Part shown: positions 6,165-10,344 of the stretch, one piece after another
How the letters are laid out: the number at the start of each line of letters is the position of its first letter
Numbering within the stretch: the stretch's first letter is position 1
Assembly: GCA_043824495.1 (NCBI GenBank)
Contig: JBDRSV010000028.1
Span: forward strand, 1 to 10,344
Length of the DNA: 10,344 nt
Direction: 5' to 3'
Source of the DNA: Candidatus Aenigmatarchaeota archaeon
GTDB lineage: Archaea; Aenigmatarchaeota; Aenigmatarchaeia; QMZP01
Notes under the pieces: model-generated
What the model was told of the DNA's origin: nothing
The model's database searches: none
Seen by the model: the letters and a program-made list of their open reading frames with translations, nothing else
Position numbers and translations under genes: made by a program

Positions 6165-6671
6165 ATGGATCTTGGAACGCTTACACAACAACTGTTTGAT
6201 TGGTCAAATGAAGTTGCTCAAACATGGGGCTATTTTGGAATATTCATAATATCTTTTATTGGAAATGCGTCTATTTTCTTACCTGTTCCTGCTTACATCA
6301 TCACAGTCACATTTGGTTCTATACTAAATCCATGGTTAGTTGGAATTGCTTCAGCTTTAGGTGCAGCTCTGGGTGAGATCACAGGTTATTTGTTGGGAAG
6401 AGGTGGAAGAGAAGTTTTATTAGAGAAATATGAAAAAAACTTCAAAAGAGCAAAGAAATGGATAGAAACTCATGGAATATTCCCAGTAATAATTTTGTTT
6501 GCAGCTACCCCTCTCCCAGATGAAGTTGTTGGTATAATGGCAGGAGCAATTAATTATAATATAAAGAAGTTCTTACTGGCATCGTTCTTAGGTAAATTAT
6601 TATTATACACTGCTTTAGCCATGGCAGGATATTATGGAATTAGTTTTGTTCTAGGTTTATTCGCTATATAA
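6165..6671 (+). CDS. DedA/VTT (SNARE-associated Golgi) family membrane protein
   Basis: FLPVP, GAALGEITGYLLGRGG and ATPLPDEVVGIMAG motifs with multiple hydrophobic helices. Confidence 0.88.
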   Translation: MDLGTLTQQLFDWSNEVAQTWGYFGIFIISFIGNASIFLPVPAYIITVTFGSILNPWLVGIASALGAALGEITGYLLGRGGREVLLEKYEKNFKRAKKWIETHGIFPVIILFAATPLPDEVVGIMAGAINYNIKKFLLASFLGKLLLYTALAMAGYYGISFVLGLFAI

Positions 6672-6701
6672 TATATTAACTATAAAGAATAACTATATAA
6701 T

Positions 6702-6818
6702 ATGAGAATGAGTTTACCAGCTATTGCAGCTATAATCATACTCACTTTGATGGTTATGCTTGCTCTATGGTTGTTCTTAGCAGATAAGTGGCAGGTACCA
6801 GGGAGTTTTCTGACGTGA
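6702..6818 (+). CDS. 38-aa single-pass membrane micro-protein, pilin-like (not in ORF track)
   Basis: MRMSLPAIAAIIILTLMVMLALWLFLADKWQVPGSFLT*. About 22-residue hydrophobic helix. Its TGA lies inside the GTGATC SD of the next ORF. Alternative start at 6708. Confidence 0.6.
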   Translation: MRMSLPAIAAIIILTLMVMLALWLFLADKWQVPGSFLT

Positions 6819-6822
6819 TCTT

Positions 6823-6996
6823 ATGAAAAAAGGCGTTATTGATTTAATGATTAGTCCTGTTGGATTTTTAGTAATTACCATTGTTATTGCAATTTTCATA
6901 TTTCTTTTTTATATGGGTACAAATGGAGAAGCTGGGTTTTTTGAAAATCTTGGAGATGCTTTCTCCGGAATATTCGAAGGTTTTAAGTTGATCTAG
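6823..6996 (+). CDS. 57-aa pilin-like protein with class III signal peptide (not in ORF track)
   Basis: MKKG|VIDLMISPVGFLVITIVIAIFIFLFYMGTNGEAGFFENLGDAFSGIFEGFKLI*. KKG cleavage motif followed by a hydrophobic helix; GTGATC SD at 6815-6820; its TAG directly abuts ATG 6997. Confidence 0.78.
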   Translation: MKKGVIDLMISPVGFLVITIVIAIFIFLFYMGTNGEAGFFENLGDAFSGIFEGFKLI

Positions 6997-9777
6997 ATGG
7001 CAAAAAAAGGATCTCTTGGTGTGCAGCAGCTTATTTTAGGAATAGGTGCACTCATGATAGTATTCATTGCGATGTTAGTTGTAACTAATGCTTTGGGTGG
7101 AACTGGTTTTGTAAGTGATTGGTTTGAAAAATTATTTGGACAGGGACAAGGAGAAGATCTTGGCATAGCGATAGATTCTATGGATGCTTTGACATGTGCA
7201 ATTAATTCTGTTGCATTGGATTCAGATCAATGTTCTAGTAAATCTTTTGGATTGAGTAGTGTATCTTGTGGACAAATATGCTGTAGCTATCTAGAAGGAA
7301 CCAACACAGAAAGCAAGTGGTTGAATTATGAAGAATGTAAACTAAAGAATGAAGGTAAATCAGTCTCAGATACAGGACCATGTGGTCCAATTGATGAAGG
7401 TGTAATTTGTTGCCAGAAAGAAATTGATGAAACATTTTACGAGTGGGTCTCATCACCAAACCAGTGTGATGATATTGTAAGAGAAAAACGTTCAGGTGGC
7501 GGTCCAATGGATGATGGTCATCCAGATGAAATTAAATGTAAAAATGCTCCAGGTACTGGAGGCATATGTTGTGAAATAGAAAGAGGTAATGAATATAAAT
7601 GGGCTACTCAATGCACAGGTGAATATAAGTTCATGAATGATAATGTTTGCATTTCTACAATAGGACAAAAAACAGTTCCAACTAATTTAGAATGTAAGAT
7701 TGGGAAATTCCAGCTACCTCAGCCAATAAGTGAAGCAGAAGATTGGTTAGCATTTATGGGAGATCCAGAATATCTTGCATATTGGCAGAATTTCCCTGCT
7801 GAAGAAGATACATGGACATTCGAACCTGGCTGGAAATTGTACACTTTCATAGCCATTATTAGCATAATACCACCATTTAAAGCTGGAAAAATTGTGACAG
7901 CTACGGTAATGAAAAAAACTTTGGGCACGTTTTTCGAAAGACTTGTCGTTAAAGTAACAGGTAAAGAAGCTTTAGAGAGAATTGTAACAAAGAGTGTAAC
8001 AGAAAGCATGATTAGAAAAAGTGCACGTGATGCAGTTAAAGATATGATAAAACGTAATGTCATAAAAAAAGAAGCTGGTGACAAGATATTACAAAACCTA
8101 GGAAAGGCAGATGTAAAGGTTGCTGTTCAAAAAGCAAATGATAATATGAAAAAAGAGTTAGCTAAGGATGTTACAAAAACAACAGAGGTTACAAATAAAT
8201 ATGCAGAAGAAACTTTACATTCTACGCTTCAAGATGCTGGAATGTTTGATGCAACTGTAAGGTCAGGGTTCTTTGAAATATCAGAAGAAGCAGTAAATAA
8301 ATTACAGAAAAAGGCTCTTTCTACTGCTCAAAGAGCTGCGCTTAAACAAATGAATGCTCTAGGACTAAGAGAACAGTTTTTAGAATTGATAGAGAAAAGA
8401 CTGATCGGTAGAGATTTACCTAAAACGTTACTCAAGTTCGGAACACTTAGTGGTGTTGTAAGAACAATTGCAATAGCAGATAATATGACTCAAGCTAGAT
8501 TCGAACCTATTCCAAGCGAAATTGTACTAAAACCTGCACTTTTAGAACCTATAGTTTTTGAGATATCAAACAACTGGAAAGAGAAGCCTGTTTTAATATC
8601 AACAATTAATACTAAACGAGTTTTTGGCGCGGGCCCCATGCTTATTGACGAAGAGAGACCTTTCCATTTGGTATCACCTTGTTATCTGGACACTCTAAAT
8701 ATTGAGAAAACTATTGTTGAATGCCCACAATATGTAATATCTGATCAGGACGGAAAAACATTAGTAGAGTGTGTAAGTAAAGGTCAAAGTGGTAATAGTG
8801 GCATTGATTTAGAGATAGAAGACAATTTTGGTGATACTGTTTGTGATGCAAGAACTTATGATACAATGGATTTTGGACCTCTAGAATTCTTTGATAATAA
8901 TTTACAGAAAATACCCGATGTTGCAGCTATAAACAAGAATGATAATGAATACTTAATTCCTATAAAAAATGATCTAGTATTCCACTATAATGAAAAAGAA
9001 CCTGAAAAGAGTAAAGCTGTTTTATGGGAAAATAATTATGTTTCAATCACTCCAAACAAATTGGAATACCCTGTAATCATGATTTCAGATGAGGAAATGG
9101 AAGTTCCAGGAATTGATTACATTGAAAGGGTGAGAAGCATTGTACTTGAAACTGGTACTGATGCTCCGTATCAAGTTGAAACAAACCCTAATGAAAGAAT
9201 AAGCATGTATTTTGTAATAGAAGATCCAAAATATGAAGAAATTCAGGTCATTATCAGTAGTTATGACGAAAGTAAAAATCCAGGAAAAAGTATACAAACT
9301 GTTATGCATTTAATTGAAGGTTCTTTTAGTTCACCAACTGGAACAATTATACTCTCTGATGAAGGAGATGACGGAACTGTTCATACAATAGATGTAAGCA
9401 AACAGGGTGTTTCAAATGCGCATAATAGATATGCTATGAAAGGTAAAACAATGACTGACAGTAATTTTGATAGACCCGGTTTTGAATATATAAGATTAGA
9501 TGATTGTAGAACAGAAACAATTTTAGTTGAAATGGGAAGCAAAACTCAAGGATATGATGATAATTATTGTACATCAGGAGCCAGCACAACAGATGCATGG
9601 ATAGAATGGGGAGCTGATGTAGCCATGGTAGGTGGAATAGTAGTAGGTACTATGGTAGGTGGAGCAGGAGGATTTGCCATAATCGGTATTACCGGTTTAA
9701 CACAAGTTGCAGTAGACCCCGATGCTATCGATGTTCTCGATATTCCAGGAGATTGGCCGGATTCTCAGTGGAGTTAA
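6997..9777 (+). CDS. 926-aa multidomain surface protein with class III signal peptide, Cys repeats, basic helical module and C-terminal glycine zipper
   Basis: MAKKG|SLGVQQLILGIGALMIVFIAMLVV N-terminus; three ICC...W...C repeats; internal hydrophobic segment FIAIISIIPPFKAGK; C-terminal GxxxGxxxGxxxG. Function unknown. Confidence 0.85.
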   Translation: MAKKGSLGVQQLILGIGALMIVFIAMLVVTNALGGTGFVSDWFEKLFGQGQGEDLGIAIDSMDALTCAINSVALDSDQCSSKSFGLSSVSCGQICCSYLEGTNTESKWLNYEECKLKNEGKSVSDTGPCGPIDEGVICCQKEIDETFYEWVSSPNQCDDIVREKRSGGGPMDDGHPDEIKCKNAPGTGGICCEIERGNEYKWATQCTGEYKFMNDNVCISTIGQKTVPTNLECKIGKFQLPQPISEAEDWLAFMGDPEYLAYWQNFPAEEDTWTFEPGWKLYTFIAIISIIPPFKAGKIVTATVMKKTLGTFFERLVVKVTGKEALERIVTKSVTESMIRKSARDAVKDMIKRNVIKKEAGDKILQNLGKADVKVAVQKANDNMKKELAKDVTKTTEVTNKYAEETLHSTLQDAGMFDATVRSGFFEISEEAVNKLQKKALSTAQRAALKQMNALGLREQFLELIEKRLIGRDLPKTLLKFGTLSGVVRTIAIADNMTQARFEPIPSEIVLKPALLEPIVFEISNNWKEKPVLISTINTKRVFGAGPMLIDEERPFHLVSPCYLDTLNIEKTIVECPQYVISDQDGKTLVECVSKGQSGNSGIDLEIEDNFGDTVCDARTYDTMDFGPLEFFDNNLQKIPDVAAINKNDNEYLIPIKNDLVFHYNEKEPEKSKAVLWENNYVSITPNKLEYPVIMISDEEMEVPGIDYIERVRSIVLETGTDAPYQVETNPNERISMYFVIEDPKYEEIQVIISSYDESKNPGKSIQTVMHLIEGSFSSPTGTIILSDEGDDGTVHTIDVSKQGVSNAHNRYAMKGKTMTDSNFDRPGFEYIRLDDCRTETILVEMGSKTQGYDDNYCTSGASTTDAWIEWGADVAMVGGIVVGTMVGGAGGFAIIGITGLTQVAVDPDAIDVLDIPGDWPDSQWS

Positions 9778-10344
9778 AAAGTAGAAGAGTTTCTTACGAT
9801 ACTATAGACTTTCCAACCATTTTCACGTTGATTCAAATCTAAACGGGTTCTTACTAATGTTTCTTCGCAGCTACCATCATCACGATCTATTGCAAGAGTG
9901 AATGCAGCATAAGCAAATGTTCCATCAGAATGTGTCTGTGTATCCGCTATTTTGTATCGTGAAACAGGGTTTGTTGTTCTTCCTGGTCTAAAATTACCAT
10001 CACAAGCCATGTTTATTATACTCTGATCTTCTGCATTATACCCCTCAATAAAAGCATGTAAAGTATGAACAGCGTCATTAAAATTATATAAACTTTTATT
10101 TCCATCCATGTTAGGTTTGTCTGGTGTATACCAACCGTTTCTATCATGTCTTAATTGAACTTGACCATTATCATCTACTATGGATCTCTTAAGTGTAGGC
10201 CCGAGAGCAACATACCAACTATTGCTATCATTTACAAGTAAATAGAAATCTATCTCTTTACCCATTTTACGTTGAATTCCATATGTTTCAATCATAACTT
10301 CAGAAGGACTAATGCCTGTAACACTTTTTATGTGAATTTCTGTA
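9774..10344 (-). CDS. C-terminal part (5'-truncated) of a hypothetical protein, possibly ending in an NTF2-like domain
   Basis: The frame stays open from ATG 10295 to the window edge (TEIHIKSVTGISPSEV), so the start is probably outside the window. C-terminal AYAAFTLAI...TRLDLNQRENGWKVYSI resembles the last strands of NTF2/SnoaL-like folds (by eye). Confidence 0.65.
   Translation of the reverse strand, partial: TEIHIKSVTGISPSEVMIETYGIQRKMGKEIDFYLLVNDSNSWYVALGPTLKRSIVDDNGQVQLRHDRNGWYTPDKPNMDGNKSLYNFNDAVHTLHAFIEGYNAEDQSIINMACDGNFRPGRTTNPVSRYKIADTQTHSDGTFAYAAFTLAIDRDDGSCEETLVRTRLDLNQRENGWKVYSIVRNSSTF

Noticed and set aside
7235-7507. 90-aa minus-strand ORF
   Set aside because: Antisense shadow of the 926-aa gene.
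7719-8084. 121-aa hydrophobic minus-strand ORF
   Set aside because: Its hydrophobicity is the expected mirror of Lys/Glu-rich codons on the plus strand; not evidence for an antisense gene.
9085-9309. 74-aa minus-strand ORF
   Set aside because: Antisense shadow of the 926-aa gene.
1-10344. CRISPR array, tRNA/rRNA, IS element or provirus
   Set aside because: No regularly spaced repeats, GC-rich structured RNA segment, transposase, integrase or viral hallmark gene was seen.

Overview
AT-rich, very compact archaeal DNA: archaeal L6/L32e, type II MetAP, archaeal-type lumazine synthase, TATA-box promoters about 27-29 nt upstream of several start codons, and GGAGGT/GTGAT Shine-Dalgarno sites. The gene density, the isolated ribosomal gene pair and the KKG class III signal peptides suggest a DPANN archaeon (inference). 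Order: 3' end of a Cys/Pro-rich surface protein; rpl6-rpl32e; a 52-aa Zn-ribbon ORF; a TrmB-effector-like ORF; an MGMT-family gene (PCYRV) with map on the minus strand; a 22-aa Lys-rich micro-ORF; suhB; a metallopeptidase-HD pair; ribH; a DedA/VTT protein; two small membrane/pilin-like ORFs coupled to a 926-aa class III signal-peptide protein; and the 3' part of a convergent gene. Four small ORFs (1604-1762, 3687-3755, 6702-6818, 6823-6996) are missing from the supplied ORF track. The best candidate for an undescribed system is the 6702-9777 cluster, a possible pilin-like contact or membrane-insertion apparatus. No rRNA, tRNA, CRISPR array or mobile element was seen. All family assignments come from motif recognition by eye; no database search was run.
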